From: Pyrodictium abyssi
Lineage (GTDB): Archaea > Thermoproteota > Thermoprotei_A > Sulfolobales > Pyrodictiaceae
Assembly (NCBI RefSeq): GCF_036323395.1
Contig: NZ_AP028907.1
Location: forward strand, 1,080,001-1,112,000
DNA: 32,000 bases
Direction: 5' to 3'
Shown: one piece after another, positions 9,755 through 19,277 of the stretch
Layout of the letters: each line of letters starts with the position of its first letter
Position numbering within the stretch: position 1 is the stretch's first letter
Translations under genes and position numbers: made by a program
The notes under the pieces: generated by a model
Seen by the model: the letters and a program-made list of their open reading frames with translations, nothing else
What the model was told of the DNA's origin: nothing
Databases searched by the model: none

Positions 9755-10787
9755 GGCCGAGCCTAGAGGGCTCCGAGGAACGGGCAGACACCGCCCCGCG
9801 GAGCAGCCCTGGCTGGCTGGCGTAGCTGCTCCCGGAGCCTGCCCGGCTCCCAGGCTACCTAGTGGGGAGCGAAGCTGCAGGGGGCCATGCGGCCGAAGGG
9901 ATCCACGGACACCATGTCCAGCCCGGCTCTGCAGGGCCTCCATGGCGGAGCAGCGGGCACCCTTAGGCCCAGCAGCGGCTGGTCAACAGCCACCGGAGCG
10001 GGCATACTCCTAGCCAGCCACAACACCAGCGCCCGGGTCTCCGTGGGCAGCCTTAGGGGGGTGGCGCTGGACGGTGAGGAGGCCTTGGAGGGGCTTAGGC
10101 GCGAGAAGGTTGACCTGCACCGCGCTGGCCGCTAGCTCCTCTATGAGCGGCGAGCAGCACCCACCGCTAGAGCCCTCCGGGGCTAGGGGCGGGGCGAGGT
10201 CGTCTGTGAGGAGCACGTTCACGGCCATGCTGAAGCCTTCGCCTAGGAGCCTTGTCAGCGTCTCTAGGAGCCTCGGAGGCTCCTCGGGGACGCCGCCCAC
10301 GCCCCAGCGGCGGGCAGCCTGGGAGAGGAGCCTCCTTGGCCTCTTCCAGGCCTGGAGTAGCCTCTCCTCGACCCTTGACGGCCTGGCGCGGGGCCCAGCG
10401 ACCAGCTTGTAGCCGTCAACCGAGATCGTCGCGAACCCGTCCGGTAGGCTGAGAGGCCCGCCGAGCGCCCTCACGAGCTCCTCCACCGCCTCGGCGCCGT
10501 AGGCCCCGCTGGTCGTGAATGTGGCGTAGGCCGCGCCGTGCTTTAGCGCAGCGGAGAGGCCTGCTGCAAGGAGCCCCGGGGGCGGCGAGGGGCTCGCCAC
10601 CCCCATAGGCCACGGCGTACTCCCCCGTAGCCTCGGCTAGCTCCGCGAGGAAGAGGCGTAGCCTCTCAGCGCTCCAGCTGCCTTGGTGCTGGTAGCACGG
10701 CCTAGTATAGCAGAAGGGGTAGGCCAGCGGACAGGCAGTAGTGAGTTCTATGCTGGCGAGGAACACCCGCCTAGCGGGCATCCCCAC
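9755..10787 (-). pseudogene. Radical SAM/SPASM-type protein, degraded
   Basis: N-term ELTTACPLAYPFCYTRPC and YGGGEPL in frame of 10787; middle part in frame of 10606 (TTSGAYGAEAVEELVRAL...FATISVDGY...VNLLAPKP); C-term (AGLDMVSVDPFGRMAPCSFAPH) in a third frame with an in-frame TAG at 9859-9861. Confidence 0.7.
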
Positions 10788-11415
10788 GCTCCAGCAGCCG
10801 CTCTAGCCTCTCGTAGAGGCCCTGAGGGAGCCGGGGTAGGCCGTGGCACCGCCTCTTGAGCAGGCTTCTCGCCCAGCGGAGAGCCTCCGCGAACTCCCGG
10901 GCCCCGTAGCTCCCGGCAGCCCAGGCGCTGAGGTAGAGCTCCGGTCTCCTACCCCAGGTGTGCACAGCCCCGTCCACTACGAGCACCGCGAAGGGCCCGG
11001 TAGAGTGTACATGGAAAGCAAAGCCCAGCTCACGAGTATGGCAGGACCTAGCCACGGAGACGAGCCACCGGTACGTATCCAGCGCGTTACACGCCTCCGG
11101 CTCCGCCTCGCAGCTCCACTCCTCCTCGTCCCCCTGGAGCACCCTCTCCGCGTCGCCAAGCCTCTCAGCCCGGAAGTAGATAGGGACGCTCGGGCCATTA
11201 AGGAACTCGTAGACCACAAGCCCAGCCCTCCTAGCCTCCCCACCTCCTCCACAAGGTAGGTAGGAGCCGTATACCCCACAGCGTTCCCAGGCAGACCCAT
11301 AGCCTCCTCAAGCCCGTCCTCCGGAAGGAAGTAGAGATAGTCGCTACACGAAGCCTGCAAAGCTGGCTCCAGCCTGGCTGGCACCTGGGGGCACCACACG
11401 CTCTCTAAGCCCCCG
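10771..11415 (-). pseudogene. Hypothetical protein, apparently frameshifted near 11220-11240
   Basis: 148-aa ORF 10771..11217 appears to continue upstream in the frame of ORF 10977..11477 (...QASCSDYLYFLPEDGLEEAMG...PTYLVEE) across a ggaggaggtgggg tract; 5' limit approximate. Confidence 0.45.
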
Positions 11416-11748
11416 GTACATGCGGTCAGCGGGAAAAGACCCTGGGGGACAAGCCCGGCACTACACCATAGCCGCATCGTACTATGACACTAACAGGAGA
11501 GCAAAGCATACACAGACCCCAAGGGATACAGCCCACAGTAATGCCGTACTCTTTGGGAGGCCTGCCGAGGCCGTAGAGGATGAAACCCAGCTAGAGAGCA
11601 CTAGCAGATAGATAAGGCACAGGAAGTGCCGGATATCATGAGTCAGCCATGATGCATGCCAGCTCCTACAGTGACACTATTCTTAGGATCATGAAGCATA
11701 TCTGTCTGTATCTGTACGGGTGCCGAGGCTACAGGTTGGGGTGTATAG

Positions 11749-13110
11749 TTGTTGTCGACGATAGTCCTGGAGTCCTTTGGGCCCTTTGCGTCGAGGTACG
11801 AGGTAGAGATTAAGCCGCTAACACTGTTTATCGGGAGAAACAGCGCGGGTAAGTCCGTGATAGCGCACCTCATCTGGGCTATCGCGACAGCGACACCAGA
11901 CTTTGACAGCTTGTTCAAGGTCTTCGATGAGAAGGGGGCCGGAAGCATGCACAAGAGCTGCTGAAGAGCCTTGAGGGCCGGAAGCCGTTAGAGGCTAAAG
12001 AGGCCCTTGAGGAGGCTCTTCTGCTTCTGGCCGGTGAGGCCCTGCCTCGGGCGCTTGCACGGAGCCTTGAGAAGCTACTACCCAAGGTCTATGGCAGAAA
12101 GCTGGGAAGACTAGTGACGCACGGCCACAAGAGAGCGGTCGTGGACGTGATAGGTTCTCTTGGAGGAGGTTTTCGTTTCGTTATAGATGCAGAAAAAGAG
12201 TCTATAAGTGCTGAAGCTATTGAGTACATAGCTGAGATGATGGTTAGCACAATGGAGATATTCGTTGATGTGGACAAGGAGAAGGGTGTGCTAATAGTTG
12301 ATGAAGAGACTTGGTCCGCGGAAAGAATCCGCACTATCGCTGATGTGTATGGCGAGCTTTCATCGCTTCTCGGTATTATGATGAGGTTGACGTTTGAGCC
12401 ACCATTTTTGCTACTAGAGAGACGGCAATTCTGCTGGTCGACAGTAGGGCTGGTGTGTTGCGTACGCTACTTCGGCCATATACGGCTATGCTCTCGGAAG
12501 CATTATTCCCCGACCAGGCGTTTATTGCGTACTACTACATGCTTGCTGAGCGCCTAGCAGGCTCTATGGAGGTCTTAAAGGACGCGAGGAGCCTCATGGA
12601 CGAGCTTGGTTTTGAGCTGGAGCCGCGTATGGAGGGCGGGTCTATAATGTATACGCGAGGATGTGGAGCGGCGAGGTCGTCCCCGTAGCTCAGGCTCCTT
12701 CGGGTATCCGTGAGAGCGTAGCATTGATAGCAGCCCTTACAGTTCCGAAAGCCCCCATTTCTTGTGGTCGTTGAGGAGCCTGAGGCCCACTTGCATCCCA
12801 AGGCCCAAGTGCTGCTGGCAGGGCTAATGGCTAGGGCTGCTGCCGCTGGGAGGAAATGGGTTGTAGCGACGACTCATAGCGGCTACCTGGTCTATGAGTT
12901 GAATAATCTGATTATGGCCTCGGCTCGGAGACATGGCGAGGGCCTGGACCCCGATAAGGTTTCTGCCTACCTTGTCCGCAGGGAGGGCGGTGAGGCTGTT
13001 ATCGAGGCGATAAACGTGGGGCCGGAGGGGGATCCCGGAGGACGAGTTCACGCGAGTGGCCGAGGAGCTAGCTACAAGGAGAGGGTTCCTAGCCCTCGAG
13101 CAGCACTGAG
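11749..13110 (+). pseudogene. AAA/OLD-like ABC-type ATPase, multiply frameshifted
   Basis: Walker A LFIGRNSAGKS; later SRAGVLRTLLRPY, APSGIRESVALIAAL, Walker B FLVVVEEPEAHLHP, TTHSGYL and GIPEDEFTRVAEEL are spread over all three + frames. Confidence 0.75.
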
Positions 13111-13152
13111 AGGGGCCGAAGGAGTATTAGGCCGAGCCCCGGCTAGGAGGAG

Positions 13153-13447
13153 ATGCCAGCGGCTAAGCATAGACAAGCTAGTCAAAGGAACCAAGTGGGC
13201 CTCAAGAAAGCATGCCGACTATATCTACGTCTACAGCGGTAAGGCGGTTGTTGTCGAGGATACGGGGAGGCCGGAGCACCGCGACATAGCCGAGTTGAGG
13301 GAGAGCATAGAGATGCTGAATAGTATCGATGACTTGTTGCCTGTTAGGGTAGTAGCTGGTATCGTCCACTATAGGCGTAGTGACGCTATGTTTGTACGCG
13401 AGACAACTGCTGAGGCTGGGCGAAGGGCCTCCGATACTCCCGGCTAA
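13153..13447 (+). pseudogene. Small partner ORF downstream of the AAA ATPase, possibly nuclease-like
   Basis: KHADYIYVYSGKAVVVEDTGRPEHRDIAELRESIEML...LPVRVVAGIVHYRRSDAMFVRET reads as a conserved domain; ATG at 13153 after ggaggag is in another frame, so it is probably broken. Confidence 0.35.
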
Positions 13448-13649
13448 CTGTGACAAACAGCTCCGTCAGCTGATCGAGAAGCCACTAGGCTGCAGCTGCT
13501 AGCAGCTCCATTGTAGGCGTTATAGGCGCTGAGCGCGTCTATAACGCTGTCCGCTGGTGAGGCCTCTCTGCCCGGTCTACAGCGTTTAGAGAGGGCTGAG
13601 GCTCCTAGCAGCCCATGCAGCGAATAGGCTCCTCAGCGCGGGGCTCGCC

Positions 13650-14114
13650 CTATGGCTGCTGGTGAGGGCTTCTGGCAGTAAGCCGCTCCTGCAGGCGGCT
13701 AGCGGCCTCCAGGGCCGCTGGGCTGGTGCCCGGCAGCACCTCTACCTCGGCCTCGCGGTTGGGCTCTAGGGTCTCCCCATGGGCGTCGAAGAGGAAAACT
13801 GCGCTCCTCCGGTCGAAGCACTCGGCGCTCAGCTCCCTCGCGGTGATGAGCAGCAGGCTTCCCCCATACGCATCGAGGAGCCTGTGGAGGGCCTCCGGGG
13901 GCTCCCTGTCGCCGACCAGGATGAGGGCGCGGCGCTGCCGGGTCCTCCGCGTGTCCTACTCGGCGCCGAGGATGAGCGGCTCCTCCCAGAGCACGGTGGT
14001 CTCCCTTACTGGCTTCGCCCAGAAGACCCGGAGGCCTCCTAGCAGCCTCAGCCACTCCACCAGGCTATCCACGTCCCTAAGGGGCCAGGAGCAGACACCG
14101 AGTACGCAGCCCAT
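13650..14114 (-). pseudogene. Unknown protein interrupted by in-frame TAG (13956-13958)
   Basis: MGCVLGVCSWPLRDVDSLVEWLRLLGGLRVFWAKPVRETTVLWEEPLILGAE*DTRRTRQRRALILVGDREPPEALHRLLDAYGGSLLLITARELSAECFDRRSAVFLFDAHGETLEPNREAEVEVLP... in one frame. Confidence 0.45.
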
Positions 14115-14324
14115 ACTCCAGGCGCCTCGCTCTACAGTAGAGGGCTTCGTAGAGCTATCTCCTTAGGCTCTGCGGCGGGCTAGGAGGTCCAGATGGCGTC
14201 GAGAGGGCGGGGAGGCAAAGATAGTGGAAGTGGAGAACTAGGCTTCTTGAATGCCGCACCCCGAGGCATGGAGGGTGGAACGGTGGGCCGTGGAGCCCCG
14301 TGGCGGTGTGCGGCGGAGGGCGTG

Positions 14325-14516
14325 TTAGTCGAAGTCCCAGATTGTTCTGCCCTCGTAGAACAGGAGAACATATCCGCACTTCCGGCATACGAGTATCTTG
14401 ACCTTGTGGGCGGTAAACCCCCACTTGCTATCTATCTTGCCCTCCTCAAGGTCAAATACGGTATTGCCGCATATCGGGCACTTCAACTTACCACCCGTCT
14501 CCACAACCCTGCCCAT
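14325..14516 (-). CDS. Small zinc-ribbon protein
   Basis: 63 aa with CPICGNTVFD...ILVCRKCGYVLLFYEG (two CxxC knuckles). Confidence 0.8.
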   Translation of the reverse strand: MGRVVETGGKLKCPICGNTVFDLEEGKIDSKWGFTAHKVKILVCRKCGYVLLFYEGRTIWDFD

Positions 14517-14954
14517 CTTCCCGCCCCCGGTGTTCGCTAGGCGCTACAGACACGCTAGGACATAGGCCTCGTCCACATAAAGCTCCCCAGGGGCAGTGCA
14601 TCTACGCGTCCCCTCCGGCATCCAGCACGACCCTGCATGGCCGGCCACGGTGTAGGGGCCCGCGGCGAGGGCGCCCCTGCCCCCATCGTGCCATGTGCTC
14701 CCGCGTCTAGGCGCCGCCGCTGAACAGAGCGCGCCCACGCCGCGGCCCTCGTGGGGCCTCTACCCGCAGCAGTTGCTGTGCTGCTCCGCCCTTGCAGAGG
14801 GGCTCCCTACTGTAGAATAGCCGCCTCCCATCCTCGATGTAGCCTGAAGGCCGGTAAGGCTTAACCCTGCCGGAAGCTGCCCTACAAATCCCTACGCCTG
14901 GCCCCCGGCACGGTATGGGGCGGCCAGAGGGTTCTCCGTGTAGAGGATGGTGGT

Positions 14955-15344
14955 ATGGCGCGGCTCGGCGACGTGGAGGAGAGGGTGCTGAGCTATCTGC
15001 GGGACCACCCGGGTAGTAGCCCCCGGGAGATAGCCGATGCTCTGGGGGAGCCGCTGCAGAGGGTCCGTGCAGCGCTCCAGAGGCTGCGCGACGCGGGGCT
15101 AGCCGCCCGGGGCGGCGAGGGCCGCTACTATGCCGTGGCGCCTGCGGTCCAGGGGCTGCCGCGGCGCGAGCTACGCCGCCCAGGGAGCTACGGGCTTCGG
15201 GGCGACCTAGACGCGGTGGTCGAGAGGCTCGCAGCGCTGGAGGAGCGCGTCAAGAGGCTGGAGAAGCTGGTCGAGGAGCTACTGGCCCGCTGCCCTCCTG
15301 GGGCCAGGGGTGAGCCCGAGGGCCGGGGGAAGCCAGCCCGCTAG
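14955..15344 (+). CDS. Winged-helix transcriptional regulator with C-terminal coiled coil
   Basis: VEERVLSYLRDHPGSSPREIADALGEPLQRVRAALQRLRDAGLAARGGEGRYYAV, then LEERVKRLEKLVEELL. Confidence 0.72.
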   Translation: MARLGDVEERVLSYLRDHPGSSPREIADALGEPLQRVRAALQRLRDAGLAARGGEGRYYAVAPAVQGLPRRELRRPGSYGLRGDLDAVVERLAALEERVKRLEKLVEELLARCPPGARGEPEGRGKPAR

Positions 15345-15977
15345 AGCGTAGGCCAGCACAGCCGTCCTCGCGGCGTGGGCCAGCTCTGCTACGAGCCCGT
15401 TGTCGTAGGGCGCGGCGGCTAGGAGGAGCATGACGGCTAGGCGGCTCCAGGGCGCCGGGCTTGGCGTCCCCCTGCCCCGTAGCCTCCTAGTGTAGGGCAC
15501 GGGCGCGGCCGAGGCGGCTAGCAGGGCGAGCAGCAGGGCTGGGTGCATGGGCTCCTCGGAGAGCACGCTGGAGAGCAGTACTATGGCGTGGGCGAACAAC
15601 GGGAGCCCCGAGAAGTAGTCTAGGCTGGGTACCGGCCTGTACACGAGCCTCCAGAACGCGGCGGCCACCAGGCCCCCGGCATAGGCAGCGAACAGGGCGA
15701 CAGCGGTCCAGGGGGCGCCCTGGGCTGCGAGCCAGGAGGCGTAGACAGCGAGCGGTGCCACCACCTGGGATACCCTGTCGAGCGCCCGGTCCAGCATCTG
15801 GCCCTGGGGCGTGCCGCCGCCGGTGCGGCGGGCAACCCAGCCATCGAGCACGTCGAGGGCGTAGGAGGCGAAGAGGAGCCGCAGCGAAGCTTCCAGGGCG
15901 CCGGCGGAGGCTAGTGCCACGGCGGCGCCAGCGGCTAGGCCGCCGGCTAGGGTGACAATGTCGGCGGGCCTGGGCAA
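15279..15977 (-). CDS. CDP-alcohol phosphatidyltransferase family membrane protein
   Basis: DVLDGWVARRTGGGTPQGQMLDRALDRVSQ matches the DG..AR........G...D...D motif; overlaps the 3' end of the + strand wHTH gene. Confidence 0.82.
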   Translation of the reverse strand: MPRPADIVTLAGGLAAGAAVALASAGALEASLRLLFASYALDVLDGWVARRTGGGTPQGQMLDRALDRVSQVVAPLAVYASWLAAQGAPWTAVALFAAYAGGLVAAAFWRLVYRPVPSLDYFSGLPLFAHAIVLLSSVLSEEPMHPALLLALLAASAAPVPYTRRLRGRGTPSPAPWSRLAVMLLLAAAPYDNGLVAELAHAARTAVLAYALAGWLPPALGLTPGPRRAAGQ

Positions 15978-16094
15978 CGCTGCTACCCCCGTTCCTCTCT
16001 GCGGCGTGCACGCTGTCTAAGCGATGTGTCTGCTGCCTTATAGCCGCAGCCATCGCCTCCAGCATAATGACACTATCCCGGGGGTTTACCTGCA

Positions 16095-17207
16095 GTGTCA
16101 GCGGGGCTGCATAAGCTAGAGGCAATGGCCCGTAGCTACGCCCTCGCAGCTGTACGGGCTGACCGGGAGGGCAGGGTACAGGAGGCGATAAGCAACTACC
16201 GCAAAGCCATAGAGATACTCACCAGGATAGTCAGGCTCTACCCCGATAACCCCCTCGCGCACGTCTACCGGGGGATCATACAGCAGTACCGTAAGCGTGT
16301 CGAGCAGCTGGAGAAGCTCGGCGTCCCGGCGGCTCCGACGGAGGCGGAGCAGCTGGAGGAGTGGATAGTCACCGAGAAGCCCAGCGTACGGTTCAGCGAC
16401 ATAGCGGACCTCGAGCACGCTAAGCAGGCGATAAAGGAGGCCATAATCTACCCGGTCCGGAGGCCGGACCTCTTCCCCCTAGGCTGGCCCCGCGGCATAC
16501 TCCTCTTCGGGCCACCGGGCTGCGGTAAGACCATGCTGGCAGCAGCAGTGGCCAACGAGGTGGACGGCGTCTTCTTCAGCGTGGATGCGGCGAGCATTAT
16601 GAGCAAGTGGCTCGGAGAAGCCGAGAAGAAGGTCAAGATGCTCTTCGAGAAAGCCCGCCAGGCGGCGAAGAGCGGCAAGCCCGCGATAATCTTCATCGAC
16701 GAGATAGACGCGCTCCTGGGCGTCCACGAGAGCGAGGTCGGCGGCGAGGTCCGCGTACGCAACCAGTTCCTAAAGGAGATGGACGGCCTCCAGGACAAGA
16801 GCAATAAGCTCCACGTGTACGTGATAGGCGCTACGAACAAGCCCTGGAAGCTCGACGAGCCGTTCATCCGGAGGTTCCAGAAGAGGATATTCATACCCCC
16901 GCCCGACCGCCGTGCCCGTGTCGAGCTCTTCCGGCTCTACACCCGCAGCCTCAAGCTAGCACCAGACGTGGACCTAGAGAAGCTGGCAGAGATGACCGAG
17001 GGCTACAGCGCCAGCGACATCAAAGACATAGTCGTGGAGGCGCACCTGCGCACAGTCAGAGAGCTATTCGAGCAGGGAGGTGGCGAAGGCGAGCCACGCC
17101 CCATAACGATGCAGGACTTCGTAGAAGCGATAAGGGCGCGCCGCCCGAGCATAACCAGGGAGATGATAGAGGCGTACAAGAGGTGGTACGAGCAGTTCCG
17201 CGGCTAG
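16095..17207 (+). CDS. cdvC: CdvC/Vps4-like ATPase (MIT domain plus AAA+)
   Basis: N-terminal MIT-like helices ([28 protein letters not shown]), Walker A GPPGCGKT, Walker [35 protein letters not shown]. Confidence 0.93.
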   Translation: MSAGLHKLEAMARSYALAAVRADREGRVQEAISNYRKAIEILTRIVRLYPDNPLAHVYRGIIQQYRKRVEQLEKLGVPAAPTEAEQLEEWIVTEKPSVRFSDIADLEHAKQAIKEAIIYPVRRPDLFPLGWPRGILLFGPPGCGKTMLAAAVANEVDGVFFSVDAASIMSKWLGEAEKKVKMLFEKARQAAKSGKPAIIFIDEIDALLGVHESEVGGEVRVRNQFLKEMDGLQDKSNKLHVYVIGATNKPWKLDEPFIRRFQKRIFIPPPDRRARVELFRLYTRSLKLAPDVDLEKLAEMTEGYSASDIKDIVVEAHLRTVRELFEQGGGEGEPRPITMQDFVEAIRARRPSITREMIEAYKRWYEQFRG

Positions 17208-17342
17208 GCCGGCAGCCAACAACCCAACCGAGTTTCCTCCCCCACCCGTCCCTGGCGGCGCCCAGCCTTCATCCTCTACGGCGCCGCCACGGCAGCCCTT
17301 GGCTTACATAACCCACGCATGGTGCCGGCGGCTCTCTGGTCT

Positions 17343-18287
17343 TCACCAGATGACTAGCTCCCGGTGGAGCGCGCCCCTCACAGTGCTCCTGCATAGCCGG
17401 AGCCTGGGCTGCGGCGCGCCGCACCTCGGGCACCGCGGCGCCTCCTTCGCCTCCTCCGCGTGGACCCTGACTCCCCATGGCTTCCGGGATACTAGGGGCG
17501 CGCCGCAGCTACTGCAGAGCGTGTCGGTGAGCGTGTAGCTGTCGTCGGGGTACAGGTAGACGTTGACCCGTCCCCGGTCGCGCAGCTTCTCGACGAGCCT
17601 GTAGGCCCTGTCCTCGACGCCCTCAGCCGGCAGCACGTGTATGGGTGTGTCGGGGTAGCGCTCGGCGAGGTCGCTCACAGCGGCCATGCTGCGGGGGGAG
17701 CCGTCGAAGGGCACGTGGACCTCGACTACCTCGAACACCCGGTGCGTCTCCCTCAGCGCCTCGGCCACGTGGTCCAGCCGGGGCACCGCCTCAACGGCCT
17801 GAAGGTACTCGAAGACCACGCCGTCGAAGCCGGCGCTGCGGGCCCGGCGGAGCCGGTCTAGCGACACCAGCCCAGCAGTGCGGGCTAGCACGTAGCGTAG
17901 CCCTGGGACTTCCCTGCGCAGTAGCCCCGGGAGCTCCATGACCCAGTCGGCGACGAGGGGCTCCCCGCCGTCGAGCAGGAAGACGCTCGGCCCCAGGATC
18001 CTCAGCCGCCGTAGCTCGCGGGGGCCTAGCTCCCGCTGCTCTACTGCACGGGGGTCTGTGTAGTCGTGCCAGCTGCAGAGCCTGCATCTCCACGGCGACC
18101 CGGCCAGCATGAGCCGGGCAGCAGCGCCGCTGGGGCAGGTATGGGCCAGGGGCACGTCCTCGACGCGCAGCACGCTGAGCCATAGGGCCCTCCAGGGCGC
18201 CAGGTCCCCCCTCCCCGGGTCCACGACGCCGCAGCCGCTCTCGCCGCTACAGCGCATGGCGCAGCGCATGCACACAGCGCCGGCCAA
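17343..18287 (-). CDS. PflA/AmmeMemoRadiSam-like radical SAM homologue lacking the first cluster Cys
   Basis: LAGSPWRCRLCSWHDYTDP where GCxxxCxxC is expected; LLDGGEPLV; C-terminal zinc-ribbon-like CSSCGAPL...RCPRCGAP. Confidence 0.6.
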   Translation of the reverse strand: MAGAVCMRCAMRCSGESGCGVVDPGRGDLAPWRALWLSVLRVEDVPLAHTCPSGAAARLMLAGSPWRCRLCSWHDYTDPRAVEQRELGPRELRRLRILGPSVFLLDGGEPLVADWVMELPGLLRREVPGLRYVLARTAGLVSLDRLRRARSAGFDGVVFEYLQAVEAVPRLDHVAEALRETHRVFEVVEVHVPFDGSPRSMAAVSDLAERYPDTPIHVLPAEGVEDRAYRLVEKLRDRGRVNVYLYPDDSYTLTDTLCSSCGAPLVSRKPWGVRVHAEEAKEAPRCPRCGAPQPRLRLCRSTVRGALHRELVIW

Positions 18288-18296
18288 CCCGCTGCC

Positions 18297-19070
18297 CTAC
18301 CTCCGGCGGAGCCACTTCTCGTCCCGGTACTTCTCCACGAGCCTCTCAGCCAGCTCGACCTCCTCCCGGGTGAGACGGTCCAGCCTTATGGTGTCGTAGC
18401 CTAGGGCGCGGCGGAACCCCTCCACGAGCGCTAGCGCAGCCTCCACCCGGGTAGGCCTACGGCCCAGTAGCCGCTCCACCGTGGTGACCCGGTCCTCTAT
18501 CCCCCGGGCCCCGTGGCTCTCCAGCTTCTCCCGCGGGGCCCGGAGCAGCCGCGCCATCGCCTTGAGGTCGGCGGCGTAGAGCAGCGTGCCGTGCTGTAGC
18601 AGCGCCCGGCGGGCCCGCGCCTGCGCGCTCCCGGAGATCTTCCGGCCCCCCGCGACCACGTCGTTCACGGGCTTGAACTCGGCCTCGACGCCGAGGACCC
18701 GCAGCGCCTCAACGACGCCACTGCATAGCACCCGGTAGCTCTCCGCCACATCCCGGAGCCCCGGGGCCGAGTCAAGCCCCAGCGTTATCGAGTACGTCAC
18801 CTCGCCCTCGGGGTCGTGGTAGACGCTCCCACCCCCGGTGAACCTCCGGACAACCTCCACCCCTATCCTCCGGGCCTCCTCCATGTCTACGCTGGTCTCG
18901 AGCCTCTGAAACCTCCCTATCGTGACGGCTGGTGGGCTGAACACGTAGACCCGGAGCGTATCCGGTATAGCGCCCTCGTCGCGGAGCCGTAGCAGCGCCT
19001 CGTCTACAGCCATCTGCCACGCAGCCGGCGAGCCCTCCAGGTCAAGCACGACCCGCAGCACTCTAGCCAC
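18297..19070 (-). CDS. lplA: Lipoate-protein ligase A/octanoyltransferase-like (BPL_LplA_LipB fold)
   Basis: MAVDEALL, RVYVFSPPAVTIGRFQ, GVEVVRRFTGGGSVYHDPEGEVTYSI, NDVVAGGRKISGSAQARARRALLQHGTLL. Confidence 0.9.
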   Translation of the reverse strand: MARVLRVVLDLEGSPAAWQMAVDEALLRLRDEGAIPDTLRVYVFSPPAVTIGRFQRLETSVDMEEARRIGVEVVRRFTGGGSVYHDPEGEVTYSITLGLDSAPGLRDVAESYRVLCSGVVEALRVLGVEAEFKPVNDVVAGGRKISGSAQARARRALLQHGTLLYAADLKAMARLLRAPREKLESHGARGIEDRVTTVERLLGRRPTRVEAALALVEGFRRALGYDTIRLDRLTREEVELAERLVEKYRDEKWLRRR

Positions 19071-19277
19071 GGCGCTACCACCACGGCCTAAGCTCCACTA
19101 GTCCGGGACCCTCTGGGGGTGATGTATGCGTAGCCCAGGGCCCCTTTATGCAGGCTCTAGCCATGGCGCGGCGTACTTACCCCGTGGGGCCGGGCGGCTG
19201 GCGCTGCCGGCGCTCGCTCGGCGCCGGAGATAACACCGGGGAGGGGCAGCCCCGGGGCCCAGGGGGATGGCGTAGAG

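Noticed and set aside
13956-13958. In-frame TAG as a possible pyrrolysine codon
   Set aside because: No PylS/PylT or methylamine methyltransferase context is visible, and the locus sits among other disrupted genes, so a nonsense mutation or error is simpler.
14544-14738. 64-aa ORF on - between the zinc-ribbon and wHTH genes
   Set aside because: Partly protein-like (WHDGGRGALAAGPYTVAGHAGSCWMPEGTRRC) but short and with no family signal; insufficient support to annotate.
15487-16125. 212-aa ORF on - overlapping the CDP-alcohol phosphatidyltransferase
   Set aside because: Out-of-frame shadow of a gene with a clear catalytic motif.
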